A stretch of DNA of 64,000 bases. Source: Candidatus Latescibacterota bacterium (lineage in GTDB: Bacteria > Latescibacterota > UBA2968). The stretch covers positions 2,624,001-2,688,000 of the forward strand of contig OZ240241.1 in assembly GCA_965198115.1 (NCBI GenBank). Reading direction: 5' to 3'. Below, piece after piece: positions 1 through 9,800 of the stretch (position 1 is its first letter; the number at the start of each line of letters is the position of its first letter). The notes beneath the pieces were generated by a model. That model was not told where the DNA came from and did not search any database. It worked only from the letters and a program-made list of their open reading frames with translations. The position numbers and the translations under genes are program-made.

Positions 1-106
1 CATTCGAACCTCCGCGCACAGGTAAGGATCATTCCTTCACGGCCGCTTTCGCAGCCCCAATCAATACGTCAGGAGCTGTCTCCCTCCGATAGAGTCTCGG
101 GCGAAA

Positions 107-1043
107 TTACGCTCCCAGCTTCTCCGCCAGCCAATCGAAGCCTGTTTCGCGCGTCTCGGGTGTGAATCCGTGACCCGCTTCGTGAAAGATCAGCTGGAAG
201 TCGTCGCCAGCGCCCGCCTCTTCCCAGGCAGGCTTCGCCTTGTCATACAATTCCTGCGTCGCCGCAACGGGGTCCTGGGGCTCTGTGGTGCCATTGATCA
301 TCAGGAATGGTCTCGGGGCAATCAGCCGAACCAGATCGTAGCTCGAGCCCGTGCTTGATCACATTCGGCAGGTGGTTCATAAAACAATGTTTAATCGGCG
401 GAGCGTAGAGTGCCTTGTAGGTGTAGAAGCTGGAGACGCCTACCAGGGCGCGTATCCGTGGCTCAACCATAGCCGACAACCAGGTGTGTCCCGACCCCAT
501 TGACACGCCCGTTGCTCCAATTCGGTCCCCGTTCACGTCATCCAGGCTCTGCAGAACGTCGCACTGCCGAATCGCGTCGAATACATACTGTCCCGCCATA
601 CACCTTCCCTCGGCCATCAGCCGCATTGCCACGACGCGCTCGTACATCACACCCGAAGGGTCACCCGCAGGGTTCTGTCGATCCCCCCAACAGATCGAGT
701 CTCCGCAAAGCACGACGAACCCTCGTTTCACCAGCTCCGGTCCCGAAGGAACGCGATCCTCTCGCACGACCACACCTGCCGTATCCTTCTTCCCCAACTC
801 CCACGGCCCGTGGCCGTGGAAGACCATTATACCCGGTCGGTCTCCATCCCGGTCCACCGGACGCAGAAGATAGCCCCGCACTCGCTCGGTCACTTCGTTG
901 TCCCACGCAATCAGCGACCGTGTGAAACCATCGCATTCCTCTTCCTCGAGGAACTCCACGTTCAGCGGCACGCGTTCAGGGAATGGTCCCAGGATGCTTC
1001 GGTAAAGCCTGTCGATTTCTTCCAGTTCCACAGGTTGCTCCAT
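107..1043 (-). CDS. Dienelactone hydrolase / alpha-beta hydrolase family protein (one frameshift near 342)
   Basis: ORF 243..1043 has FHGHG and the nucleophile elbow GATGVSMG. After HGLE the reading continues in another frame as YDLVRLIAPRPFLMING...FHEAGHGF (ORF 107..301), which supplies the catalytic His region. Confidence 0.8.
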
Positions 1044-1127
1044 CTGGCTTCGTCATTGGGCGCGCCGAAAACTCATCTCTTCCGACTGCACCTCACAGAG
1101 TCGGCGCCTGGGAGTGCTGTCGTTACG

Positions 1128-1175
1128 GACCCGGGGGGTTGCCCCGGGCTGAGAGACTCGACCCCTTCAGGGTCG
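1128..1175. repeat. REP-like palindromic element
   Basis: Intergenic hairpins CCCGGGGG-GTTG-CCCCGGG and GACCC-CTTCA-GGGTC. Confidence 0.45.
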
Positions 1176-1247
1176 GCCATCCAAAACCTTAGGAAACCAT
1201 TCCCATCGACATCAGGAAGGGAAATGACACGGGCTGCCTCTGCCCCA

Positions 1248-1267
1248 TCCCCGAATAGGGCCTCGAT
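1248..1267 (+). repeat. 20-bp direct repeat, copy 1 (copy 2 at 12213-12232)
   Basis: TCCCCGAATAGGGCCTCGAT occurs identically at both positions. Confidence 0.8.
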
Positions 1268-1282
1268 CACGGGGTGCCTCAC

Positions 1283-1312
1283 CATCCGTGTTCATCTGTG
1301 TCCATCTGTGGT
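1283..1312. repeat. Short tandem repeat, 10-bp unit x3
   Basis: CATCCGTGTT CATCTGTGTC CATCTGTGGT. Confidence 0.75.
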
Positions 1313-1341
1313 TCCCTGCCTCTAAATGGCCCTCACGCGAG

Positions 1342-2646
1342 CTATCCAAAATACGCCAACCGATCGCCCTCTGCTTCCCACAACTCCTTGAACATTTTCC
1401 GGATTTCAGGGAGAGACACCACCGACGCCGTCAGCGGATCGAGCGCGCAGGCGTGGAACGCCGCTTCCTTGTCACGATTCAACACAGCCTCCACGGCCAA
1501 TTCTTCAACAGCGATGTTCGTCATGTTCAACGCCGCGCACTGCGATGGCAGATCGCCGACGAACGTCGGATGGATGCCCTCACGATCGGCAAGGCACGGA
1601 ACCTCCACGCAACACCGTTCGGGCAGATTTGTAATCGACCCGTGGTTCATCACGTTCCCGTTGAAGGCGAAGGGTGTCCCAGTCATCCGCGCTTCGATGA
1701 TCAGCGAAGCGTATTCGTGCGACGACGTCATCGGCGGAATCTCGGCGTCCCCGTCATCCTCCACGCCCGAATCCTTCATCCTGGCACGCTGGCGGGTGTT
1801 CTCCATCGATACCGCTTGTCGATCGGGCGTGCCGTAGTAGTCCCGCAGCTCCTTCGTACGCCGAAAGTAAGGCAAGTACTCTGCATTGTGACGCGTGCTC
1901 TCCGTCACGAAATACCCGAACTGTCGCATCATTTCCACGCGGACCTTGTCCTCCACGAGGAAGTCGGGGTGATTGTCCACAACGTCACGCAACTTCGGAT
2001 ACAGATCCCTCTTACCCTTTCGGAGCCGTAAAACCCACGCCTGGTGATTGATGCCGGCCACGAGGTAGCTTACGTCGTCGTAGTCGACCCCGACCGCACT
2101 CGCCAGTTTCTTCGTCGTCCCCTGCACGCTGTGGCAGAGCCCCACGTTCTGGATCGACGATCCCACCGAGTGCAGCCACGTGAGCATGCACATCGGATTC
2201 GTGTAGTTGAGCAACAGCGCATCCGGACAGATGCGTTCCATATCCTTTGCAAAGTTCAGATGCTCGTCGGCGGTCCTCAGGAATCTGAAAATGCCGCCGA
2301 CTCCGATCGTATCCGCCACTGTCTGATGCACCCCGTACTTTAGTGGTATCTCCACTTCGGACCTGTAGGGCTCTCCCCAGTAGGCGGCCCCTCCAATGGA
2401 CACAGCCGTCACCACGCAATCCGCGTCCGGCAGCAACTCCTCGCGCTCGGTGCTCGACACGACCCTTCCAGGCAGGTTGTGACCGTCGATCGCGCGCTGA
2501 ACGTAATCGGTCACCTGCGCGAGGCGCTCTTCGTGGATATCGCACAGTGCAATCGTGGAATCCTTCAACGAATCCCGCGACAGGATATCGATGGACAGGC
2601 GGCTCCCGAACCCGCTGCCAGCGCCGATGATTACGATTTTCGCCAT
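1342..2646 (-). CDS. melA: Glycoside hydrolase family 4, alpha-galactosidase (NAD+/Mn2+-dependent)
   Basis: N-terminal KIVIIGAGS Rossmann motif, DTIGVGGIFR, LLNYTNP, GLCHSVQGT, GINH and LDPLT motifs typical of GH4 MelA. Confidence 0.88.
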   Translation of the reverse strand: MAKIVIIGAGSGFGSRLSIDILSRDSLKDSTIALCDIHEERLAQVTDYVQRAIDGHNLPGRVVSSTEREELLPDADCVVTAVSIGGAAYWGEPYRSEVEIPLKYGVHQTVADTIGVGGIFRFLRTADEHLNFAKDMERICPDALLLNYTNPMCMLTWLHSVGSSIQNVGLCHSVQGTTKKLASAVGVDYDDVSYLVAGINHQAWVLRLRKGKRDLYPKLRDVVDNHPDFLVEDKVRVEMMRQFGYFVTESTRHNAEYLPYFRRTKELRDYYGTPDRQAVSMENTRQRARMKDSGVEDDGDAEIPPMTSSHEYASLIIEARMTGTPFAFNGNVMNHGSITNLPERCCVEVPCLADREGIHPTFVGDLPSQCAALNMTNIAVEELAVEAVLNRDKEAAFHACALDPLTASVVSLPEIRKMFKELWEAEGDRLAYFG

Positions 2647-2672
2647 AGTCTCATCTCACCCCCAAACTTGAA

Positions 2673-3022
2673 CCACCAAGACGCCAAGACTCGAAGACAC
2701 GAAGAAAACCACTGGAAGAATAACACTCGCGGGCTCCGGGTGACTTTCAGACCCCTTCGGCCTACCTTCAGTCCGCCGATTCTACCCATTCGTGTATTTC
2801 GTGGTCTCTTTCCGTGTATTCCGTGGGTGGAACCTAACCCCGAGCGTAGTGGAGAGGTGGTCCACAATATTCGGGTCGACACGTGGGTCGACCCTTATCG
2901 TTCGAGTCCCGCTAGATCCACATCTCCAATGGAGCCACCACCGCCGGGGCCTGCCTGCACGTTCGTGTATTTCGTGGTTCTCTTTTACGTGTGTGGAGCC
3001 TGCCCCGAACGTATGTGAGGGG
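2673..3022. repeat. Intergenic cluster of short tandem repeats and REP-like units
   Basis: 8-mers CCACCAAG ACGCCAAG ACTCGAAG ACACGAAG (2673-2704); 9-mers TTCGTGTAT/TTCCGTGTA (2789-2826, 2962-2979); palindrome GGGTCGAC-N6-GTCGACCC (~2872-2893); 27-bp unit GAGCCTGCCCCGAACGTATGTGAGGGG (2996-3022). Confidence 0.75.
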
Positions 3023-3046
3023 TGGTCCCCAGTCTTTAGGTTTTCC

Positions 3047-4201
3047 GTGCTACGTGATCGACGATTCCTCGCCCTGTTGCTCGTCTCGTTCCTGATCAGC
3101 TTCCTCGCGGCTCCACGCTACGCGTTGTTGCCCGTCTATGTCGAAGCCGATCTTGCGCGCAGCCCCCTGTTTGCTGCCGGCCTACGCTCGACCTTTCTGA
3201 TCCTGGGCGGTGTCATCGCCATCCTCGCCGGCCGACTCTCCGATCGCTGGGGGCCGAAGCGCGTCTACGTCGTCGGCACGCTCGGTCCGCTCCTCGCAGG
3301 CGCAGTCTTTCTCACGCCGGACCCGACCTCGCTCGCCCTGCTTTGTCTCGGCATTGGCGTGACCTCCGGTTTCGACAGCGCGGGCGGACAGAGCTATCTC
3401 ATCTCAGCCGTCGGTGCAGCCAGGATCGGCACGGCGTCCGCCGGCTACTTCATCGGCAACACGCTCGGGACCGCCCTGGGCAATCTGCTCGCCGGCCCCA
3501 TCGCAGATGCACGCGGCTACGCGGATCTCGGTCGGCTGGCCATCGCCGGCTCGATCGCCCTCATCTTCGTCGCCTACCTGATCCTACCCAATATCGAAGT
3601 CCACCGACCGGACGGCAAAGAGGAGGAATCGCGCACGACTTTCGCTGCGAGACGGGAGGTCTGGCTCCTGCTCGGTCTTCGCTATCTCCCCACGAGCTAC
3701 TGGGGCGCTGTCACCCTCATCCTCCCTCTCCTCATCTACCGATTGAGCGGCTCGAATGCGGCCGTCTCGACGTTCAGTGCCGTCTATCTCTGCGTTGCGG
3801 CCGTCTGCCAGATCGCGACGGGTCACCTGTGCGACCGGATCGGCCGGTGGCGTCCCATCTTCGTCGCAACAGTCCTCGAAACGATCAGCGCCCTCGGTCT
3901 GGCCTTGTATTGTGATTCGGTCACAGGCATCTACGTTTTTGGCACCCTCGCTGCCGCATCAGCCTGGTCCCTGTCGACCACGATGCCGGGGCTCCTGCAG
4001 CTCGTGGCCAGACCCGGCGAACGAGGACGTCTCGTCGGCCTCGCCCACTTCGTCTGGAGCGCCGGGATGTTGACGGGCAATCTGGGTGGTGGCCGGCTAA
4101 TCGACGTGGATCCATCATTGTTGTTCTACATCTCGGTGGGCCTGATGGTCGGGGCGTTGGTGTGCGCGGTGGGACTGTGGGAAGAGCATAGGGGACGGTG
4201 A
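3047..4201 (+). CDS. MFS transporter
   Basis: About 12 hydrophobic segments with MFS motif A in both halves (GRLSDRWGPKR, GHLCDRIGRWR). Start placed at GTG 3047 because the upstream part of the ORF is repeat sequence. Confidence 0.88.
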   Translation: MLRDRRFLALLLVSFLISFLAAPRYALLPVYVEADLARSPLFAAGLRSTFLILGGVIAILAGRLSDRWGPKRVYVVGTLGPLLAGAVFLTPDPTSLALLCLGIGVTSGFDSAGGQSYLISAVGAARIGTASAGYFIGNTLGTALGNLLAGPIADARGYADLGRLAIAGSIALIFVAYLILPNIEVHRPDGKEEESRTTFAARREVWLLLGLRYLPTSYWGAVTLILPLLIYRLSGSNAAVSTFSAVYLCVAAVCQIATGHLCDRIGRWRPIFVATVLETISALGLALYCDSVTGIYVFGTLAAASAWSLSTTMPGLLQLVARPGERGRLVGLAHFVWSAGMLTGNLGGGRLIDVDPSLLFYISVGLMVGALVCAVGLWEEHRGR

Positions 4202-4209
4202 ACGGGTCG

Positions 4210-4449
4210 GTGGGAGCAGCCTCCCGGCTGCGAACAAGTAACGGTGGACGGTGGACGGGGAACCGGTCGGCGGTGGGCGGTGAGCAGTATGGGCGGCACC
4301 CGCTCCACCGCCCCGTTCCGTAGCAGCAAGTGTGCGGGAAAAACTGTCACCCCGGTACGCTTCTTGGCCGGGGTCCACTCGGGGTTTCAGCATTCGCAGG
4401 GAAACCGCGCTGACCGGCACTTCCCCTCACATTCAGTCGGGGCAGGCTC
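4210..4449. repeat. REP-like hairpin, heptamer array and inverted copy of the 27-bp unit
   Basis: GTGGGAGCAGCCTCCCGGCTGCGA (4210-4233); ACGGTGG-type 7-mers (4241-4290); 4423-4449 is the reverse complement of 2996-3022 at 24/27 identity. Confidence 0.65.
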
Positions 4450-4519
4450 CCGCTCAGTGCGACCTCTCGCGTTGGGACGAAGGGTTTGGTATCCGCCTTT
4501 AGACACATATCCTCATATT

Positions 4520-4532
4520 AATCAATAAGTTA
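4520..4532 (+). promoter_or_regulatory. IHF-binding consensus site
   Basis: AATCAATAAGTTA matches WATCAANNNNTTR exactly, in an AT-rich patch between convergent genes. Confidence 0.45.
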
Positions 4533-4584
4533 TCTAACTTAATCGCAAAAGTGGCCCCGGGGCCACTTTTGAGACGCGATCCGA

Positions 4585-5904
4585 TTAGACTCCTACGGCT
4601 TCTTCCCAACCGCGCAGTGATGGGGGCCACGTGATAAAAAAGGAACCGTCGGCCTCGGCCTGAGCGCGGGCGGCGGACCAGGCCGACTTTTCCTCGGGCG
4701 TGGCGTCCGCGAGACGGGATCCTTCCATAAATCTGATGACGACCGAGTCCGACCGGGTGAAGGGCGTCAGGTGGGGGAAGGTCACAACGTCCTTCAATCC
4801 GGCATCGCGGAATCGACGATACAGGCTCGCATCCGCACACCCGTGCTCTTCCACGCTGCCGACAGCCGTAGCTTCGATTTTGGCTCTCAGCTCCGCATCG
4901 ATGTGTGCGTTGGCCCAGGAAGTCAGATCGACCGCGCGGCAGATCACGCCGATCGACCCGCCCGGCTTCGTGACGCGGATCATCTCGTCGATCATCTTGT
5001 CCGCGTCGACCTCCTCGATCACGGTGACGGAGTAGGTGGTGTCGAAATGATTGTCGTCGAATGGAATCGATAACGCCGAGCCTTCTCTCGTCGCAATGAC
5101 ATCATGGAATTCCGCTTTTTGCGCCAGCGCTCGACCTTCTCCCAGCAGGTACGTACTGATGTCAACGCCTGTCAGTTCGTTGCGGCCCTGAGTCCGATCG
5201 ACGAGGCATCGCATCACGGCTCCCGACCCGCATCCGACTTCGAGGACTGAACCTCCTGTGGTCAGATCCATCTGGTCGAACATCGCGTTCAGCATCTGAC
5301 GATAGCCCACGGATTGCCCACGAGCTTCCAGCACAAGCACGGGACCCAGGAACGGTCCACCCAGCGTGATCGTTGTGAACTGTTCACTCAAGGCAGGAAC
5401 GATCGGTTCCCACTGAGATGGTGCCAGCATCAGTGGCAGGAGGACGAGCGGGGGACCCTTGCCTCGAACGCGATAACTCACCCCACCGACCTCGCCATCC
5501 GGTTCGTCGGGCGAATCCATCGGTGGCACGTCAAACGCCTCGAGAAAACCCGAGAGCTCCGTCAGGATCTCATCGGACCGCTCGGCAGCCACATCCGTCC
5601 AACCCATCGTTTCGAAGTCGGACAGGAGTGCGAAGCGAGCATCCGGCAGTCTGTCTCGCGGCAGAGCATCGAACGCGGAACCTTGGTCGCCGGAGAAGAT
5701 CAGCAGAGTGGATTCGATCGGATGAACCAGGTCGGATGGCACGTTGGCCGGACAGACCAGAGTCAGTGATGCGACTGCTTCCGGATGGTTCGTGACCAGT
5801 CCGGACCAGTCGGCCGGAACGCGACCGGCGATGTGTGCCCGATCGATTTTCAGGTTGGTGAAGAGGTCGAGGATGCGGTCTTCAAGTGGAGTATCAGAGG
5901 TCAT
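4585..5904 (-). CDS. Class I SAM-dependent methyltransferase fused to a degenerate alpha/beta-hydrolase-like N-terminal region
   Basis: VLEVGCGSG motif I, GVDIS, IPFDDNHFD and RVTKPGG. The N-terminus has hydrolase-like segments (SYRVRGKGPPLVLLP, LTLVCP). A probable extra base in the G5 run at 4622-4626 alters the tail; the alternative end is WPHHCAVGKKP* at 4593. Confidence 0.8.
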   Translation of the reverse strand: MTSDTPLEDRILDLFTNLKIDRAHIAGRVPADWSGLVTNHPEAVASLTLVCPANVPSDLVHPIESTLLIFSGDQGSAFDALPRDRLPDARFALLSDFETMGWTDVAAERSDEILTELSGFLEAFDVPPMDSPDEPDGEVGGVSYRVRGKGPPLVLLPLMLAPSQWEPIVPALSEQFTTITLGGPFLGPVLVLEARGQSVGYRQMLNAMFDQMDLTTGGSVLEVGCGSGAVMRCLVDRTQGRNELTGVDISTYLLGEGRALAQKAEFHDVIATREGSALSIPFDDNHFDTTYSVTVIEEVDADKMIDEMIRVTKPGGSIGVICRAVDLTSWANAHIDAELRAKIEATAVGSVEEHGCADASLYRRFRDAGLKDVVTFPHLTPFTRSDSVVIRFMEGSRLADATPEEKSAWSAARAQAEADGSFFITWPPSLRGWEEAVGV

Positions 5905-6031
5905 TGGGATCGCGGGAGATGTGGAAGGGATCTTACATCGCAGAAGGATGGTTGAACGATTTGTTCGAGCCGGGCTTCACTTTGAGAATCACAACCAGCT
6001 GTTTTTCGGCTGCTTGTGAGAGACAACTGAT

Positions 6032-6046
6032 GGGCACGTCCTTTGC
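6032..6046 (+). promoter_or_regulatory. Possible sigma54 promoter
   Basis: GGGCACGTCCTTTGC versus consensus TGGCACG-N4-TTGC (one mismatch), about 80 bp upstream of the coiled-coil gene. Confidence 0.4.
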
Positions 6047-6128
6047 GACACTGATTCTGCGCACCTACTTGAATTACCGAACCAGCTGGGCTAACTTAAC
6101 CGCAGATAATTCTGACAGGATGCGAATA

Positions 6129-6731
6129 ATGGCCGAGGAATTCGGGACAAAGGACGTACTTGAGCAAGTCGACACCCGACTTGGGACCTTAGAGCAGGAC
6201 GTACGGTCCTTGGATTCGAAGATGGATGTTCGATTCGACCCCGTGCACGAAGAGATCGTCGGCGTCCGCTCTGAGATGGGTGTTCGGTTCGACCGTGTGC
6301 ACGAAGAGATCGTCGGCGTCCGTTCGGAGATGGATGTTCGGTTCGACCGTGTGCACGAAGAGATCGTCGGCGTCCGCTCTGAGGTGGATGTTCGGTTCGA
6401 CCGTGTGCACGAAGAGATCGTCGGCGTCCGCTCTGAGATGGATGTTCGGTTCGACCGTGTGCACGAAGAGGTTGTCGGCGTCCGTTCGGAGATAGTCGGT
6501 GTGCGTTCAGAGATGGACAACCGTTTCGGCCGCGTCAACACCGATATCAACGGACTCCGGTCAGAGATGAACGCCCAGTTCGGTCGCGTCAACACCGATA
6601 TCAACGGACTCTGTTCAGAAATGACCGCCCGGTTCGATGCGGGGATTCGATGGGGTGTCGGTCTCATCTTCGGGAGCTGGATCACCGTGATGGGTGCGAT
6701 GGCTTCGATCTGGCTCAAGCTTGGGAACTAG
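6129..6731 (+). CDS. Membrane-anchored coiled-coil protein with 18-aa tandem repeats (DUF1640/CCDC90-like architecture)
   Basis: Short head with a GTKDVL neck-like motif, repeats MDVRFDRVHEEIVGVRSE, and a C-terminal hydrophobic anchor IRWGVGLIFGSWITVMGAMASIWL. Alternative ATG at 6120. Confidence 0.8.
   Translation: MAEEFGTKDVLEQVDTRLGTLEQDVRSLDSKMDVRFDPVHEEIVGVRSEMGVRFDRVHEEIVGVRSEMDVRFDRVHEEIVGVRSEVDVRFDRVHEEIVGVRSEMDVRFDRVHEEVVGVRSEIVGVRSEMDNRFGRVNTDINGLRSEMNAQFGRVNTDINGLCSEMTARFDAGIRWGVGLIFGSWITVMGAMASIWLKLGN
6222..6640 (+). repeat. Intragenic 54-bp tandem repeat
   Basis: Five near-identical units ATGGATGTTCGGTTCGACCGTGTGCACGAAGAGATCGTCGGCGTCCGCTCTGAG, a partial unit, then two units of a second 54-bp type (MDNRFGRVNTDINGLRSE). 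Confidence 0.92.
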
Positions 6732-6897
6732 CGTTTAATCGCACCCCGACGTGACACTTTCTGAGGATCGTCCAGACATTACACCGCAACCGGTGTGGTA
6801 ACGTCCGCGCCTTAAGACCCTGATGCGCTCGCTGCCGCACGATAGATCTCCCGACCCGGAGGGTCAGTCCTACGCAAACTGGCGCGGGAAGACCTTG

Positions 6898-9800
6898 TCA
6901 CGCCTGCGCGCCCGTTCGCCCATCGTATTCCGACGGAATCGTGATCGTAAACGTAGTCCCCTTCCCAACCTCACTCTCCACACTGGTTGATCCTCCAAGA
7001 AGCTCCGCGAATCTCTTGGTAATCGACAGCCCTAACCCCGTTCCCGCCTGAACTTCGCTCTCTGATCCACCTTTAACCTGCCTGTATTCATCAAACAGAG
7101 TCGGGATCTCTTCCGCCGGAATCCCCTTACCGGTATCACTTACAGATATCGTGAGAGACGGTTCTTCCGCCGACCGCCCACTGCCGACCGCCGACACAGT
7201 GACGCTTCCTTCATCCGTGAATTTGACCGCATTGCTCAGCAGATTGATAACCATCTGCTGCACCCGAGCCCGATCCGTATTCGCCTCCCCGACATTCTCC
7301 GCAACCTCCTGCCTCAACTCCACGCCTTCCTGAATCAACGGACTGACTGTGTCGCAGCACGACGCGATGAGGAGCCTCACATCGAAGGTCTCGACGTTCA
7401 CGTCCATCCGGCCCGCTTCGATCTTCGACAGATCGAGGAGATCGTTGATCATCGCCAGCAGGTGATCGCTCGCCTGGTCAACCTTCTGAAGGTTCTCTTT
7501 CTGCCGATCGGGTAGAACGTCGCCGGCCCGACGCAGGACCATATTCGTGAAGCCCTTGATCGCGTTCATCGGGGTGCGCAGCTCGTGAGACATCGACGCC
7601 AGGAACGCGCTCTTCCGCTGGGTCTGAGCCTGAATCTCACGGATGTCGAGATATCGAGCATAGCCAAGGGCAATCGCATTCGCAAACTCTCGAACTGTGG
7701 CGATCTCATCCTCCGTGAACTCGTCACGCTCGGTCGTGTGCATTCGCAAGCGACCGTAACTGCCGGCGGCAACCTCGAGGATGCTCCGGTCGCCGCTTCG
7801 GCCCTGCCACGGCTCCCCTTCGACGAAACGCTCGATCGTTTCACGGTTTACTGCCGGGAACGGCGCGAAGAGGTCGTAGGACTCTGTTGCCACATTTCCA
7901 TCCGGCGCGAGCGTAAAAGTCGTGTAGCGGAACCCTTCGTTCTCGAAGTGCTCCACCGAGGGTGATTCGGTCGGCTCATTGAGAAGGTCGATCTCGCACG
8001 ACGCGAAACCCAGCCCGAGCTCGTCCAGACTGGTCGTCACCAGCGACAGGATGCGTTCGAAATCTCTGGCCTCGTCCATCGACTGCACTTCTGCGCGCAA
8101 CCTCTGGACCAATGCCTCCACAGCCAACCGACGGTTCTGCGCCTCCTTCTCCTGAAGCTCCACGTACCGCGAATGCGCGTATCGGAAGACCTCCCCAAAC
8201 CGCTTGATCAGCATCAATGGGTCCTCGGGAACGGGGTCTTCCGACGCTAAGTTGACAGCGCCATTCTCGAACAACACGCGATAGGTCTCCCACCTTTCCG
8301 GCCAGAATTCCTCGGGACGGGCCACCATAGCCGGATTGCCCCTCTCAATCATGCCTCGAATGACTTCCTTGGCTTCCTCCCCTTCAAGATGTAAGTGCAC
8401 ATAATCGTCACCTCTTCTCCAGGCTTCCGCTGTGCGTGGCCCGGGCGCGTTGCCGTGGTGAACTGGCAACGCACGTCCATCTTCGGACACCGTCCAGACC
8501 TCGACGCCTGATTCGGAGGGATTGGTCCAGATGCTCAGATAGAGGAGCGGCAACCCGATCCCCGTCAGCTCTCGATGAACGGCCTCGACGACCGGTCCGA
8601 TGTCCTCGCTCGATTGCATCCCCTGTGCCTGACCCCGCAGCCGCTCGAGCACCTGCTCACGCTGAAGATCGACATTGACCTGGAACAGCTCATTGTTGGC
8701 GGCGGAGAGGGCCTCGTTGGACTGACTCAACCGTCGATCGCGACGGATGACACGACCGGTCTGCCACGCGATCAACACGATGGCGACACCGAGCCCCGTC
8801 CAGAGAGCGTATCGCTCGTAGGAAGATGAATGGTGAGCGCGACGATGGCGGGCGTCTCCGAGTAGACCAGATCTCGATCAACAGCCACGACCTCGAACAC
8901 GTAGTCGCCGTGAGGAAGGTTCTGATATTCGACGCGCTCCTGCCGTGTGTTGCGCCAGTCGTCGTAGCCTTTCAGCCTGTAGCGATACACGATCGCGCCC
9001 GGCCGTGTCTTGAGACTCTGCCCGTGAAACTCGAAGGCGGTCAGCGTGACGTCGGAGGACATCGTGATTTCCGATGGATCTTCGTAGCGTTGGTCGGCGA
9101 CGACCGCGTCCACGAATACCCCGGGCGAGTAGGGCTCCGGCTGGCGATAACGCACCAAGCCGTTGAGTGTCATCATCCAGATGTCGCCGTTGGTGTCTGC
9201 GTGCAACCCTCTCACGGCCTGCCCGGTGAGACCGTCTTCTCGCGTGAGCGTCTGGAAAACTTGCCCGTCGAAGCGACTGACCAAACCGGCGTCGGTCCCG
9301 AACCAGAGATGACCCTTTCTATCCTCAGCGATGGCCAGGACAGCGTTGTGGGCCAGCCCGTCTTCCTTGTTGTAAAACGTCCAGGCCGATCGATCCGCGG
9401 GTCCAGTGCCTGTCGAGGGAGCATAGCGTGCGACACCGTCCCCCCACGTGCCGAACCAGAGATCCCCATCCCGATCCTCCAGGCTCGACCATACGCGCTT
9501 CCGACCTATCGGATCAATCGGTGTGAAGGCGGCCTCTCCGGGAAGGGGGTCAGAGACGTGTTGATGCAGGCCCCCACTCGTGCCCACCCAGAGCGTGTTT
9601 CGGCGGTCTTCGAGGATGGTCTGCGCATCTCTGCCGTGGAGACCATCGGCGATCGAGTAGGCGGCAAAGGTACGTCCGTCGTACCGACCTACCCCGCCGC
9701 CGTTCCACAGCCCCAGCCACAGGTCACCGTTCCGGTCCTGGTGGATCGGATGGCCCCCACGGAGACCCGGAGCCCCCAGACCATCCTCCCGTGTATAGTG

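Noticed and set aside
1073-1285. 70-aa ORF between melA and the hydrolase
   Set aside because: Partly made of REP-like hairpins and the 20-bp repeat; no recognisable domain, at most a gene remnant.
2792-3046. N-terminal extension of the MFS ORF
   Set aside because: It translates intergenic repeat DNA; the MFS fold starts at about 3047.
4330-4566. Possible structured ncRNA between convergent genes
   Set aside because: Contains hairpins (e.g. GTGGCCCCGGGGCCAC) but I recognise no RNA family; needs an Rfam/Infernal search.
6222-6640. Possible CRISPR array
   Set aside because: Units are contiguous 54-bp in-frame coding repeats with no unique spacers, and there are no cas genes.
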